A stretch of DNA of 60,265 bases from Pseudomonadota bacterium (GCA_021828045.1 JAKATI010000003.1:1-60265), one strand, 5' to 3'. Shown: positions 40,489-50,459, numbered from the stretch's first letter. The notes: generated from the letters alone by a model not told the origin. A program made the numbers and translations.

Positions 40489-41079
40489 CTACGAGTTCCG
40501 CATGCAAAGAGGGCTCGTACGGGGGAAGTGTGCCTTCAGGAACTCCATTTGGTCGGCCAGAATCCGGCGTCCCTTGAGGTAGATGTACTCGGCGTGGTTG
40601 GGGGCAAAGGGGATGGCCAGCAGGCTGAGCCCGGCTTCCTCCGGGGTGCGTCCGGCCTTGCGGTTGTTGCATCGCTTGCAGGCGGTGACCGAGTTGGTCC
40701 ATTCGTCCCGGCCGCCGCGCGACAGTGGCGTCACATGATCCCGGGAAAGCTGGTTCGCCGGGAAGGAATCCCCACAGTAGAGACAGAGTTGGGCGTCCCG
40801 TCTGAACAGGGCACGATTGCTCAAGGGAGGAATGTAGTCGCGGAAAACACGGTCGTAGAGTGCACCATCGGCACGTGTCGCCAAGATGGCATGGATCGTG
40901 ATGCGGCTCTGCTTTCCGGTCACGGCATTGGTGCCGCCATGGATGTGATAGAGCATCCGTCCGAAGGTTGCACATACCTCGCTCAGGCAGTGCAGCTTGA
41001 CGGCTTCCTGGTAGCCGATCCACTCGAGCGGCACTCCCGCCGGGTCGGTGCGGAGCACCTGCTGGTTCAGGGAGTACAT
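40489..41079 (-). CDS. HNH endonuclease family protein
   Basis: 196 aa from the ATG at 41079. The HNH/Cys-box region is CLYCG...DHVTPLSRGGRDEWTNSVTACKRCNNRK. Confidence 0.8.
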   Translation of the reverse strand: MYSLNQQVLRTDPAGVPLEWIGYQEAVKLHCLSEVCATFGRMLYHIHGGTNAVTGKQSRITIHAILATRADGALYDRVFRDYIPPLSNRALFRRDAQLCLYCGDSFPANQLSRDHVTPLSRGGRDEWTNSVTACKRCNNRKAGRTPEEAGLSLLAIPFAPNHAEYIYLKGRRILADQMEFLKAHFPRTSPLCMRNS

Positions 41080-41183
41080 GTGAAGGATTGTACACGCTTT
41101 CCTGCAGCCGAAAAGTCCCCCTTCCACGCCTTTTTGCCGCCATCCGTTACAATCACACCGTTCCTCCACCGAAGGGTTGCGAC

Positions 41184-42302
41184 ATGCGATTGTTTGTTCC
41201 CTCACTGACCGCTTCGGGGGATAAGCGTGTTGCGGTCGTCCCGCAGATGATCGAGCGATTCGAAGCCTTGGGTTTTTCGGTCGGAGTGGAACGCGGGGCT
41301 GGCCTGGGAGCTGGTTTTCCCGATGAGGCTTATGGAACCCATTTGGTGGGTGCGGAAGCCATGGCTGGAGCAGATCTTGTACTCACGCTTGGAGGTCTTC
41401 CGGGGGTGGAGCGGCTGACGCCGGAAACCCGCCTGCTGGGGTTGCTTCGACCTTGGGCGCAGACCGAGCTCGGGGACCGCTTGGCCGCACTCGGTTCGAC
41501 CGCTTGGGCCCTTGAATACCTGCCGCGGATCTCCCGGGCCCAGTCCATGGATGCACTCTCCTCGCAGGCCACCTGTGCGGGGTACCGGGGTGCCATTCTT
41601 GCAGCGGAAGCCTCTGGACACGTGTTTCCTCTCCTCACGACGGCCGCGGGCACGCTGCGTCCGGCCGAAGTTCTGGTCTTGGGTGCGGGTGTCGCCGGGC
41701 TCCAGGCCATTGCCACGGCACGCCGTCTGGGTGCCCGGGTTGCGGGTTACGATATCCGCCCCGAAGCCCGGGAGCAGATCCTCTCGCTCGGCGCACGAGC
41801 GGTTGAATCCGCGCTCACGGCCGGGGGGCAAGGTGGATACGGACGAGAACTCACGGCGGATGAACAGCAGCGGGAAAAAGAACTTCTGGCACGCGAGATC
41901 CGGGCCGCGAACGTGATCATAGCCGCTGCGTTTGTTCCGGGACGCCCCGCTCCCTGCTTGATCCGATCTGAAGATGTGGAGGGACTCGCACCCGGTAGTG
42001 TCATCGTGGATCTGGCCGCAGACGAAGGGGGCAACTGCGCCTTGAGTCGACCGGGTGAAATCGTGTCACGGGCAGGGGTCCGCATCCTGGCGCCACGATT
42101 GCCTGCTGCGGATCTGGCTTGGCACGCGAGTGAAATGTATTGCCGGAATCTCTGGCACTTCCTGAAGCCTGCGGTGGCCAATGGACAGTGGGCAGTGGAC
42201 TGGACGGATCCGGTCTACCGCGAGACGCTCTGGACCCACGCGGGTCGCATCCGACCGGCCGGTGAAGCCCCAATCACGATTTCTGAGGATCCGCTGACAT
42301 GA
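41184..42302 (+). CDS. pntAA: NAD(P) transhydrogenase subunit alpha part 1
   Basis: 372 aa from the ATG at 41184; the tracked start at 41088 overlaps the HNH gene. Has an AlaDH/PNT fold with VLVLGAGVAGLQAIATARRLGA. Confidence 0.93.
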   Translation: MRLFVPSLTASGDKRVAVVPQMIERFEALGFSVGVERGAGLGAGFPDEAYGTHLVGAEAMAGADLVLTLGGLPGVERLTPETRLLGLLRPWAQTELGDRLAALGSTAWALEYLPRISRAQSMDALSSQATCAGYRGAILAAEASGHVFPLLTTAAGTLRPAEVLVLGAGVAGLQAIATARRLGARVAGYDIRPEAREQILSLGARAVESALTAGGQGGYGRELTADEQQREKELLAREIRAANVIIAAAFVPGRPAPCLIRSEDVEGLAPGSVIVDLAADEGGNCALSRPGEIVSRAGVRILAPRLPAADLAWHASEMYCRNLWHFLKPAVANGQWAVDWTDPVYRETLWTHAGRIRPAGEAPITISEDPLT

Positions 42303-42589
42303 ACGATGCCTTTGTGTTGTTGCTTGCGGCCTTTACCGGATACGAGATCATTTCCCGGGTCCCGGCACTCCTCCATACCCCACTCATGTCCGGAACGAAT
42401 TTCATCCATGGGATCATTCTCGTGGGATCGCTTCTTGTTTTTTTCACGGCACAGGGGTTCACGGCCCAGATCCTGGCTTGGGTTGGCATCGTTCTGGCTT
42501 CGGCCAATGTGGTCGGCGGTTTCGTGACGACGGAGCGGATGTTGGCCCTATTCCGGACTGGACGCCAGGTGGAGGCACGTGATGATTGA
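42299..42589 (+). CDS. pntAB: NAD(P) transhydrogenase subunit alpha part 2 (membrane)
   Basis: 96 aa with three TM helices, and SGTNFIHGIILVG conserved. It overlaps both neighbours. Confidence 0.9.
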   Translation: MNDAFVLLLAAFTGYEIISRVPALLHTPLMSGTNFIHGIILVGSLLVFFTAQGFTAQILAWVGIVLASANVVGGFVTTERMLALFRTGRQVEARDD

Positions 42590-43955
42590 GGGGGGGCTTG
42601 TTTCGGATCTGATTGCCTGTGCACTCCTGATCGGTGGGGTCAAGGCCATGAGCCATCCTCGCCATGCTCGTCGCGGCATTTTCATTGCCGGTGTGGGGAT
42701 GCTGGTTGCCATTCTTGGCAATGCGGTCTTCGGCCCAACCGTGACCGGTGTGCGATCCGCGCTCGCGTTGGTGGCAATTGCCTTGGGTGGAGGGCTTGCC
42801 TGGTATGAGAGCCGGCGTGTGGCCATGACCGCCATGCCCCAGATGGTGGCCCTGTTCAATGGATTGGGTGGTGGTGCTGCAGCGCTCATCGTGCTGACCC
42901 GCCTCTTCGAGCCGGGGCGGCCTGCTGGTCTATTCCTCGTTTTTGGATGTTTGGCCCTTGCGATTGGCGGTCTGTCTTTCGGAGGTAGCGGTGTCGCACT
43001 GATCAAGCTGGCTGGCCGGTGGGGCAAACCTCTGCGTTTCCGGTTCCAGAACGGGGTACATGCTCTTCTCGTCCTGGTGATCCTGGGACTCGGTACCGGT
43101 CTTTTTCTTCATGTCGGTTCCCGAAGCGGACTTGTGGTTCTGCTCGCGGTCCTGAGTGTGCTCTTGGGTGTGGGTGCTGCAGCTCCCATCGGAGGCGCCG
43201 ACATGCCAGTGGTCATCTCGCTCTACAATGCCCTGACCGGAGTTGCGGTTGGGGTTGACGGACTCATGCTCGGGAATCCGGCCCTGATCGTCGCAGGAAC
43301 CGTGGTTGGTGCCTCGGGCATCCTGCTCACCCGCCTCATGGCCCGTGCCATGAACCGTTCCTTGGGACAGGTCCTGTTCGCCCATTTCGGTGAGGTTGCC
43401 GGAACCGACGGTTCCGGCAGTGGAACCTTCAAGGAGATGGATCTCGCGGACGCGGCGGTGGCGCTGGCCTATGCCCGTCGGGTCCGGGTTGTTCCTGGTT
43501 ACGGGCTCGCCACCGCCCAAGCCCAGCACAAACTGGCCGAGCTGACGGAGCTTCTTCGCCAGCGCAATGTGGAGGTCCGTTTTGCGATTCATCCCGTGGC
43601 AGGGCGCATGCCCGGGCACATGAACGTTCTTCTTGCGGAATCCGGCGTCCCTTACGATCTTGTCCAAGATCTCGAAGAGGCCAATCCGGAGTTTCCCCAA
43701 ATCGACGTCGCGCTTGTGATCGGGGCCAACGATGTGGTGAATCCCGGTGCCCGCAACAACCCGGCAAGCCCGCTATATGGGATGCCGGTTCTCGATGTCG
43801 ATCGTGCCCGCCGGACGCTTGTCATCAAGCGGGGACGGGGAACCGGATTTGCGGGGGTTGAAAATCCACTGTTTTCGGCGGAGTCGACTTATCTGCTCTA
43901 TGGTGATGCCCGGGCGGTTCTTGGGCAACTGGTCGGCGCCGTCAAGTCACTCTAA
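42582..43955 (+). CDS. pntB: NAD(P) transhydrogenase subunit beta
   Basis: 457 aa from the ATG at 42582 (a GTG at 42579 is also possible). A membrane domain is followed by the dIII NADP(H) domain (VPGYGLATAQAQH, HPVAGRMPGHMNVLLAE, GANDVVNP). Confidence 0.95.
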   Translation: MIEGGLVSDLIACALLIGGVKAMSHPRHARRGIFIAGVGMLVAILGNAVFGPTVTGVRSALALVAIALGGGLAWYESRRVAMTAMPQMVALFNGLGGGAAALIVLTRLFEPGRPAGLFLVFGCLALAIGGLSFGGSGVALIKLAGRWGKPLRFRFQNGVHALLVLVILGLGTGLFLHVGSRSGLVVLLAVLSVLLGVGAAAPIGGADMPVVISLYNALTGVAVGVDGLMLGNPALIVAGTVVGASGILLTRLMARAMNRSLGQVLFAHFGEVAGTDGSGSGTFKEMDLADAAVALAYARRVRVVPGYGLATAQAQHKLAELTELLRQRNVEVRFAIHPVAGRMPGHMNVLLAESGVPYDLVQDLEEANPEFPQIDVALVIGANDVVNPGARNNPASPLYGMPVLDVDRARRTLVIKRGRGTGFAGVENPLFSAESTYLLYGDARAVLGQLVGAVKSL

Positions 43956-44370
43956 CGTCATTCCATCGTCCGAAGGCGTGTGGAATATGCCGGGCTTTGG
44001 GGTGTTGTCGCAGCCAACGACGGCGCTGTATCGGCCTGAGTCTACGCCAGTGTCTGAGGAGTGCCCTGCGCCGATCCGGAGGCAATTTCCGGAAGCGTTG
44101 GTAGGCATGCCGGATCCGATTGCGCAGGGCCCGCGGCAAACGATGCCAACGGCGCCAGTTCCGGAGGATGCGCTGCCGTTCGCGGGGATTCATGCGCATC
44201 CAGCGCCGAGCCCGCTTGAGAAGGAGCCGCTGGCGACCCGGCGGCAAATGGTTCCAACGTTGAGCCCAGGGAGAAAGCAAAGGGCGCAAGGGAGGCGGAA
44301 TCCGGGCTGGGGGCGGGGGTGCGGCCCACCCGATCGCGGGGAGGCCGACCATGAGTGCATAAAAGACCAT
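43942..44370 (-). CDS. DUF3106-domain protein (secreted, Arg/Trp-rich repeats)
   Basis: 142 aa from the ATG at 44370. Has a signal-like N terminus followed by repeated RW..L.P.ER motifs (WNHLPPGRQRLLLKRARRWMRMNPRERQRILRNWRRW...). Confidence 0.6.
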   Translation of the reverse strand: MVFYALMVGLPAIGWAAPPPPARIPPPLRPLLSPWAQRWNHLPPGRQRLLLKRARRWMRMNPRERQRILRNWRRWHRLPRALRNRIRHAYQRFRKLPPDRRRALLRHWRRLRPIQRRRWLRQHPKARHIPHAFGRWNDVRVT

Positions 44371-44416
44371 GGCCCGTCCGGTTCCACGACAGCCTGTTTT
44401 CTGGTTCACGAACGGG

Positions 44417-44785
44417 TCAGCCCAATCGGGCTTTCTCGTGAGAGGCGAGCCAGCGGTAGAAGGACAGATGTTCATACAGCCGGGCATCCCCGTGACCCAG
44501 GAGGCGGGAAGGGGCGTTCACAATTTCCGGGTGCGCCGGCCCCAATTGCGGGCCTGGAGTCGGAAGCGGGAGCACGAAAAAGAGCCCGATGGCTGCCGCA
44601 GCAAGAGTGGCACTGGAGAAAATCCAGAGCCAGCGCCGAAATCGAGATCGAGATCTGTGGTGTCCCAGAGCTTGATTGCGGGCCCGTGCCAGCGCCATCC
44701 AGGTTTCCTGAGGAACAGTCCCCTCCCATGCCTCGTAGTGAAGGCGAAGCTTTTGGAGCCAGGCCTCGTGAACAGGTTCCATCAT
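44417..44785 (-). CDS. DUF3619-like single-pass membrane protein (putative anti-sigma partner)
   Basis: 122 aa with one TM segment (WLWIFSSATLAAAAIGLFFVL). Its start overlaps the sigma gene stop. The sigma/DUF3619/DUF3106 triad is a recurrent beta-proteobacterial arrangement. Confidence 0.45.
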   Translation of the reverse strand: MMEPVHEAWLQKLRLHYEAWEGTVPQETWMALARARNQALGHHRSRSRFRRWLWIFSSATLAAAAIGLFFVLPLPTPGPQLGPAHPEIVNAPSRLLGHGDARLYEHLSFYRWLASHEKARLG

Positions 44786-45402
44786 GATGGATCCTCCATC
44801 TGCTGACGCAAGGCATGCAAAGCGCGCGACAGGTGGGTTTTGATGCTGCCTTCGGAGCAGCCCATGACCCGAGCCGTGGTCCGGATATCCCAGCCCTCGA
44901 GTAGACGCAAGATGAAGGCCTCGCGCTGCCGGCGCGGGAGGGATTCGATGATTTGGGACAACCGCTCGAGATTACGCGCGCGCTCAAAGGCCACCTCGGG
45001 CTGGTTCCGTTCCGCTCCGGGCAGGTTGGCCAGGAGATCAGCCTCTTCCTCGGCTTGGTCACCCGATGGGCGGAAGACCGCCATCACCGGTCGGCGATGA
45101 CGAGCCCGGTGGAAATCCTGGATCTGGTTGTGGAGAATGCGAAAGAAAAGGGGCGGCCATTCGGATGCGGGTCTCTGCGCATAGTAACGCGTCAGCTTGA
45201 ACATGGACTCCTGGACGGCATCCAAGGCGTCATCCCGCTGGCCGAGGGCAAACGAGGCGATGCGCAGGGCCTTGCGCTCGACGTCCAGAAGGAAGCGTTC
45301 GAGTTCGGCCCGTCGCTCCAGAGGTTTTCCATCCCGCCGAACGGCCATGCGAGGCCCGAATGAGAGCGCCGACTCGTCTATCATCCTCGCAAATGCTGCC
45401 AT
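44782..45402 (-). CDS. ECF-type RNA polymerase sigma factor
   Basis: 206 aa with region 2 (DALDAVQESMFKLTRYY...FRILHNQIQDFHR) and region 4 (LPRRQREAFILRLLEGWDIRTTARVMGCSEGSIKTHLSRA). Confidence 0.9.
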   Translation of the reverse strand: MAAFARMIDESALSFGPRMAVRRDGKPLERRAELERFLLDVERKALRIASFALGQRDDALDAVQESMFKLTRYYAQRPASEWPPLFFRILHNQIQDFHRARHRRPVMAVFRPSGDQAEEEADLLANLPGAERNQPEVAFERARNLERLSQIIESLPRRQREAFILRLLEGWDIRTTARVMGCSEGSIKTHLSRALHALRQQMEDPS

Positions 45403-45440
45403 CGTCGACTGGGACCGATTTTTTGCTGTGGCCTACTGGG

Positions 45441-45469
45441 TTAACGCAACCGGTGGGGGGGCGTTGACA
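45441..45469 (-). promoter_or_regulatory. Speculative ECF-type autoregulated promoter (AAC-N16-CGT)
   Basis: The minus strand reads TGTCAAC-16 nt-CGTTAA about 35-60 nt upstream of the sigma start and overlaps the priA start codon. This is a pattern match only. Confidence 0.2.
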
Positions 45470-47682
45470 TGGAGAAACCCCTGACTCAGGTCGTCAAGGT
45501 TGCCGTTTTTTGCCCGAATTTGAATCTCTTGGATTATCTTTGGCCCCCCCCCGAAACCGATTTGGGGGATCCCTCTGTCGGGATGCGCGTCCGTGTGCCC
45601 CTCGGACCGCGCAGTGCGGCTGGAATCGTGATGGAGATTCTGCCAATGAGCCGGCTTCCCACGAAACGACTGCGGCCCGTCCTGGAGGTTCTGGACCATG
45701 AACTCACGCCGGATCTTTGTGAGTTCATCTTCTGGGCCAGCCGTTATTACCAGATTGCTCCCGGTCTTGCCTTCCAAAGCGTGCTGCCTCCTGCTCTCAA
45801 GAGCCCCCATCACACCGGCCACAAGTCCAGGATTGTCTGGCGAACGGGCGGACCCGTTCCGGAGATCCGGTTGCGTCGCCTGGGAGCCACGAGCCGGCAT
45901 CTGCTTGATCGGCTTATGGGATCACCGGATGGCTGTGAGGATCGTTCGTTCCCGGTACCGTCACGTCGCCTGCTTCGTGCACTCCACCGTCGCGGCCTCG
46001 TGCTCCGGGTTGAGAGGGACGAGACTCCCATCGAAATGGGAAGGCAGAACGTTTCGACCGCAAAAATCCCGGAAACCCTGTCGGAGGATGCTCTTAATCC
46101 CGACCAAAGGGCAGCCGTTGCGGCCTTGTCCGATGATCCGGAACGTTTTCGCTGCGTGCTTCTCGAGGGGATCACCGGCAGTGGCAAGACTCGGGTCTAT
46201 CTTGAAGTGGTCCGTCGGTGTCTGGAACGGGGCCGATCGAGCCTCATTCTGGTTCCTGAAATCGCGCTCACCCCCCAGCTGACCCAGGAGGCGGCACGGA
46301 TCCTTGGCATCCCACCTCTGGTCTACCATTCGGAACGTTCCACTGCCGAGCGCGACCGCACCTGGCAGATCGCCCGGACCCCACAACCGTACTGTGTGGT
46401 GGGGACCCGATCGGCGTTGTTTTTGCCTCTGACCAATCTGGGCCTCATCGTGATCGACGAGGAGCATGACACCTCGTTCAAGCAACAGGAGGGATTCCGC
46501 TACTCCGCACGCGACCTTGCCGTCTGGCGGGCCCGGCAGCTCGATGTTCCGGTCATCCTCGGATCTGCGACCCCAAGCCTCGAGACCTTGGCCAACGTCG
46601 AGAGTGGCCGGTACCAGGTCATCCGGTTGCCGGAGCGTGCCGGCACAGGGCAGGTTCCGGAATCGATACTGGTGGACATCCGGGGCCAGCCCCTCATCGG
46701 AGGTCTGGCAGCGAGCACACTGGCCCGGATGGCGGAACACCTCAGGGCTGGCGGGCAGGTTCTGGTTTATCTCGACCGCCGGGGGTATGCCCGCCACCTG
46801 GTTTGTCCCGCTTGTGGATGGATCGCCGAATGTTCGGAGTGTGCCGCTCCCTTCACGGTACACCGCTCGCCGGGTCAACTCCTCTGTCACCGCTGTGGCA
46901 GGCACGAACGCCTGCCGGGGGTTTGCCCCCACTGCGGGGGGAGTCTCACGCCGCGTGGTACCGGGACCGAACGGATCGAGGATGTTTTGAGCGAACGATT
47001 CCCGGATGTGGGAATTGCCCGCCTGGACCGGGACCAGGTAACCCGGAGGGAGGCACTCGAGACAATCCTGTCCTCGGTCCGGGAACGCCGGGCACGGATC
47101 CTGGTGGGGACGCAGATGGTGACCAAGGGGCACGATTTCCACGGAGTAACCCTGGTCATTGTCGTGGATGCTGACCAGGGCCTCTTTAGTGCCGATTTCC
47201 GGGCACCCGAACGGCTTGGGCAGAGGCTCGTGCAGGTCGCCGGCCGGGCCGGACGTGGAACACATCCCGGATCCGTGTTGTTGCAGACACGCCATCCGGA
47301 ACACCCTCTTTTCCAAGACCTGCTTGCTGGTTCCTATGCAGTTTTTGCCCGCCGCCTACTTGAGGAACGGCGAGCCGCCGGCTGGCCACCTTACGGCCAC
47401 TTGGTTCTGGCCACGGCTGAATCGTCGGACCGGGAGCGGGCGCGGGGATTCCTCGAGGCGGCAGGGCACAGGTTGGCAGCTCAAGCGGTGGAGGGAGGCT
47501 GGGTCGTTTGGGGACCGGCACCCGCCTTGCGGGCCAAACAGGCGGGTCGCTGGCGTTTCCAGCTCCTCATCCGGGGAGAGGATCGGACGACCCTGCAACG
47601 GGCCTGTGGTCAGCTCCTCGAGCCCAGGGTACCGGCTGCCCTGCGCTTTCATCTTGATGTCGATCCCTATGACCTTGGCTGA
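45469..47682 (+). CDS. priA: Primosomal protein N' (replication restart helicase PriA)
   Basis: 737 aa with Walker A GITGSGKT, the DEEH box (VIDEEHD), and Cys-rich Zn motifs (CPACGWIAECSECAAP...CHRCG...CPHCGG). Confidence 0.95.
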   Translation: MEKPLTQVVKVAVFCPNLNLLDYLWPPPETDLGDPSVGMRVRVPLGPRSAAGIVMEILPMSRLPTKRLRPVLEVLDHELTPDLCEFIFWASRYYQIAPGLAFQSVLPPALKSPHHTGHKSRIVWRTGGPVPEIRLRRLGATSRHLLDRLMGSPDGCEDRSFPVPSRRLLRALHRRGLVLRVERDETPIEMGRQNVSTAKIPETLSEDALNPDQRAAVAALSDDPERFRCVLLEGITGSGKTRVYLEVVRRCLERGRSSLILVPEIALTPQLTQEAARILGIPPLVYHSERSTAERDRTWQIARTPQPYCVVGTRSALFLPLTNLGLIVIDEEHDTSFKQQEGFRYSARDLAVWRARQLDVPVILGSATPSLETLANVESGRYQVIRLPERAGTGQVPESILVDIRGQPLIGGLAASTLARMAEHLRAGGQVLVYLDRRGYARHLVCPACGWIAECSECAAPFTVHRSPGQLLCHRCGRHERLPGVCPHCGGSLTPRGTGTERIEDVLSERFPDVGIARLDRDQVTRREALETILSSVRERRARILVGTQMVTKGHDFHGVTLVIVVDADQGLFSADFRAPERLGQRLVQVAGRAGRGTHPGSVLLQTRHPEHPLFQDLLAGSYAVFARRLLEERRAAGWPPYGHLVLATAESSDRERARGFLEAAGHRLAAQAVEGGWVVWGPAPALRAKQAGRWRFQLLIRGEDRTTLQRACGQLLEPRVPAALRFHLDVDPYDLG

Positions 47683-47741
47683 ACCGGCCGACCGCGGGGA
47701 GCTTTGGTTACAATGCTTTCCATTCCGATCGAGTTTGAAAT

Positions 47742-49481
47742 GTGAAAAATACCCTTGATGCCTGGTGCCGTGAGGCCTTTGCGTCACTGGGCTGGGAGGC
47801 CCCACCCGAGTCCCTGATCGAGCGGCCTCGCGAGTCCAGTCACGGAGACTATTCCTGTCACGTCTCACTTCGGCTCGGCAAACGTTTCGGACGTCCCCCC
47901 CTGGAGGTGGCTCAAACCCTGGCGGATCATCTCCCTGCCCATCCAGCAATCGGACGCATCGAGGTCGCCCCTCCCGGCTTCATCAATTTTTACCTTGACC
48001 ACTCGGAACTCGTCCGGGAGCTGGCCCGCGCACTCGACGCGTCCCTGCCTTATGGCCACAGTGCTCCCGGGCAGGGACGGATCTTGGTTGAGTTCGTATC
48101 AGCCAACCCCAACGGCCCCCTCCACATTGGCCATGGTCGGGGTGCGGCTTATGGAGACTCCCTCGCCAACCTGCTTGAGGCGGTGGGTTACACGGTCGAG
48201 AGGGAATACTACGTCAACGATGCTGGGCGCCAGATGTCGATCCTTGCTCTGAGCGTCTGGTTACGCTACCTCGAGCACCGGGAGTGCCCGGCACAAGCGT
48301 TTCCGCATGCCGGTTACCGGGGTGATTACGTTCTGGAGTTGGCTCGGGAACTGGCGGCGGTTGCTGGCGATCGTTATGAGGAGACCGAGTGTTCCTTGCA
48401 GGAACTGCCTCCGGATGGGACGGAACCCGAGCATGCGGCAGACCAGCACATCGACGCCCGGGTAGCCGCGATGAGGAAGGTGCTCGGACCGACGCGTTAT
48501 GCTGCACTCCACGATTTTGCGCTTGGCCGCATGCGCGAGCGGATCCAAAAAGACCTCAATGACTTCGGGGTGCGCCATGATCGCTGGTTTTCTGAGCAAT
48601 CCCTCTATGATTCTGGCCGGGTCAAAGAGACGGTGGCCAGCCTCGAGCGGTGCGGGGAAACGTATCGGTCCGAAGGGGCACTCTGGTTCCGTGCCAGTGC
48701 CCATGGGGACGAAAAAGACCGCGTTCTCGTGCGGGCGAACGGAGAATATACCTACTTCTCTCCCGATCTGGCGTACCACCGGGACAAGCTGGAGCGGGGA
48801 TACCAGCGGATCATCGATGTGCTGGGTGCGGATCATCACGGTTACGCACCGCGTATCCGGGCCGGAATCGAAGCCCTCGGTGAGGATCCCTCTCGCCTCG
48901 AAGTTGTCCTCATCCAGTTTGCCGTCCTCCTCCGGGGGGGACGGAAGGTTCAGATGTCAACCCGTTCGGGATCCTTCATTGCGCTTTCCGACCTCGTAGC
49001 CGAGGTCGGGCGGGATGCCGCCCGCTTCTTTTACGTGCTCCGCTCGGAGGCCCAGCACCTCGATTTCGATCTGGATCTTGCCAAGCGGCAGTCCCAGGAG
49101 AATCCGGTGTACTACGTCCAGTATGCACACGCTCGTGTGGCGAGCCTATGGCGGGAATGCGAGGAGCGGGGGCTTGCCTACGATCCGGAAGACCGGCAGT
49201 CTTTCCCGAGGCTTGTCCATCCCTTGGAACGCACGCTTCTCGTGCATCTCATCCGCTATCCGGAAACGCTCGAACAGGCTGGCTTGGCACGCGCGCCCCA
49301 CCTTCTGGCCCAGTATCTGCGTGAGCTGGCGGCTGCTTTTCACGGGTATTACAACGGAGTCCCCCTCCTCGTCGACGATGTGTCGTTGCGCAATGCCCGT
49401 CTCAGCCTGTGCCATGCCACACGGCGGGTGCTGGCGGATGGTCTGTCCATCCTGGGTGTGTCAGCACCTTCGAGGATGTAG
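47742..49481 (+). CDS. argS: Arginine--tRNA ligase
   Basis: 579 aa with a GTG start. Has the class I HIGH motif (PNGPLHIGHGR), an MSTR(S) KMSKS-like loop (QMSTRSG) and a C-terminal DALR anticodon-binding domain. Confidence 0.95.
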   Translation: MKNTLDAWCREAFASLGWEAPPESLIERPRESSHGDYSCHVSLRLGKRFGRPPLEVAQTLADHLPAHPAIGRIEVAPPGFINFYLDHSELVRELARALDASLPYGHSAPGQGRILVEFVSANPNGPLHIGHGRGAAYGDSLANLLEAVGYTVEREYYVNDAGRQMSILALSVWLRYLEHRECPAQAFPHAGYRGDYVLELARELAAVAGDRYEETECSLQELPPDGTEPEHAADQHIDARVAAMRKVLGPTRYAALHDFALGRMRERIQKDLNDFGVRHDRWFSEQSLYDSGRVKETVASLERCGETYRSEGALWFRASAHGDEKDRVLVRANGEYTYFSPDLAYHRDKLERGYQRIIDVLGADHHGYAPRIRAGIEALGEDPSRLEVVLIQFAVLLRGGRKVQMSTRSGSFIALSDLVAEVGRDAARFFYVLRSEAQHLDFDLDLAKRQSQENPVYYVQYAHARVASLWRECEERGLAYDPEDRQSFPRLVHPLERTLLVHLIRYPETLEQAGLARAPHLLAQYLRELAAAFHGYYNGVPLLVDDVSLRNARLSLCHATRRVLADGLSILGVSAPSRM

Positions 49482-49485
49482 AGTG

Positions 49486-50109
49486 ATGGTGTCACGCCGA
49501 CAGCCTCCAAGCCGACAGCAGAGAACCCGGCACGGTTTGCGGGAACGCAAGCCAAAGGGCTTCCGCCCCTGGGGCTGGGTGAGCCTGGTTCTGTTCCTGA
49601 TCATCGTCGCACTCCTTGTCGTGCCCGTTATCCGGCATTCCCTCCGAACTGCGGAACGGCTTGAGCACCGGACGACCTTACCCAGAGTGGCCCGTGCGCA
49701 CCCCGAGCCCACTCCGGCGACCGTGACGCGAGCCGAAAAGACCTTTTCCTTTTATACGCAGCTCAAAAAGCGTTTCGAGATCGTTCTGCCGGAAGAAGAA
49801 CGCAGTGCTCGCACGGATCATGGGCGACATCCCATCGTCCATCCCGGGCGTTACCTGATCCAGGTTGGATCCTTTCGCCACTGGCAGAGAGCCAACCAGC
49901 TCAAGGCCAAGCTTGCCTTGTGGGGGATTGTGGCGCAGATCAATCCGGTCCGGATCAGCAACGGTGAACGCTGGGACCGTGTCCAGATCGGTCCCATCGA
50001 GCGCCTGAACCACCTCAATACCCTGAGGCGGCTCCTCTCCCGGCACCGCGTGACGATGCTCCTGATCCGTCTCAATCCGCCTGGCCGTGGTGCGGGCCCC
50101 CCTTCCTGA
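49486..50109 (+). CDS. SPOR-domain membrane protein (FtsN/DedD-like)
   Basis: 207 aa from the ATG at 49486; the tracked ORF from 49015 is out-of-frame overlap with argS. Has a basic N terminus, one TM segment (WVSLVLFLIIVALLVVPV) and a C-terminal SPOR fold (YLIQVGSFRHWQRANQLKAKLAL...). Confidence 0.75.
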   Translation: MVSRRQPPSRQQRTRHGLRERKPKGFRPWGWVSLVLFLIIVALLVVPVIRHSLRTAERLEHRTTLPRVARAHPEPTPATVTRAEKTFSFYTQLKKRFEIVLPEEERSARTDHGRHPIVHPGRYLIQVGSFRHWQRANQLKAKLALWGIVAQINPVRISNGERWDRVQIGPIERLNHLNTLRRLLSRHRVTMLLIRLNPPGRGAGPPS

Positions 50110-50459
50110 AACTCATATCCTCGGCGTTTCCTCACTCGGTTCCGGGACTTGAATGGCGTGCAGCCAGTCCCACCAATACTGGACAAACCCTTCCCCTTCT
50201 CGAGGCCCGCATGGAAGATTCGGGATTCTGCCAGCCCGGTTCTTGGTTGAAACCCTAGGGCTCGCAGTCATCCCGGCGCGGGCTCTTCCGATTATGGATC
50301 AGGGGGGGGCAGGCAGTCGATGTCGTGGGGCGTAACCTCGAAGCCTGCCAGGATCATTCAGGTCCCCTGCTTGAATTTTTCTCTGGCAGGAACCGGGTAC
50401 TCGCCAGACTTGGGGGGAAGAAGCGCCCCCAGGACAAGTCGAAAAAGCCCAGCAATATA

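Noticed and set aside
39764-41143. 459-aa minus-strand ORF
   Set aside because: It is antisense to envC and out of frame with the HNH gene. The composition is Arg/Pro/Gly-rich with no recognisable domain. This is a typical high-GC shadow ORF.
43747-44787. 346-aa plus-strand ORF
   Set aside because: It is antisense to the DUF3106 and DUF3619 genes and overlaps the pntB 3' end. It is low-complexity and Arg/Pro-rich.
16966-45552. C8-C9/G8-G9 runs inside msh coding regions as phase-variation switches: mshQ 16966-16973 and 18503-18511, mshN 30351-30359, mshJ 33834-33841, mshI 35021-35028
   Set aside because: All of these encode in-frame Pro-Pro-Pro. An identical C9 run occurs in the essential priA gene (45544-45552), and G7 runs occur in glnA and ntrC. 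The runs therefore look like a compositional or codon-usage feature of this genome rather than pilus-specific contingency loci.
45961-47316. 451-aa minus-strand ORF
   Set aside because: It lies antisense entirely within priA, which has unambiguous helicase and Zn-finger motifs. It is a GC-rich shadow ORF.
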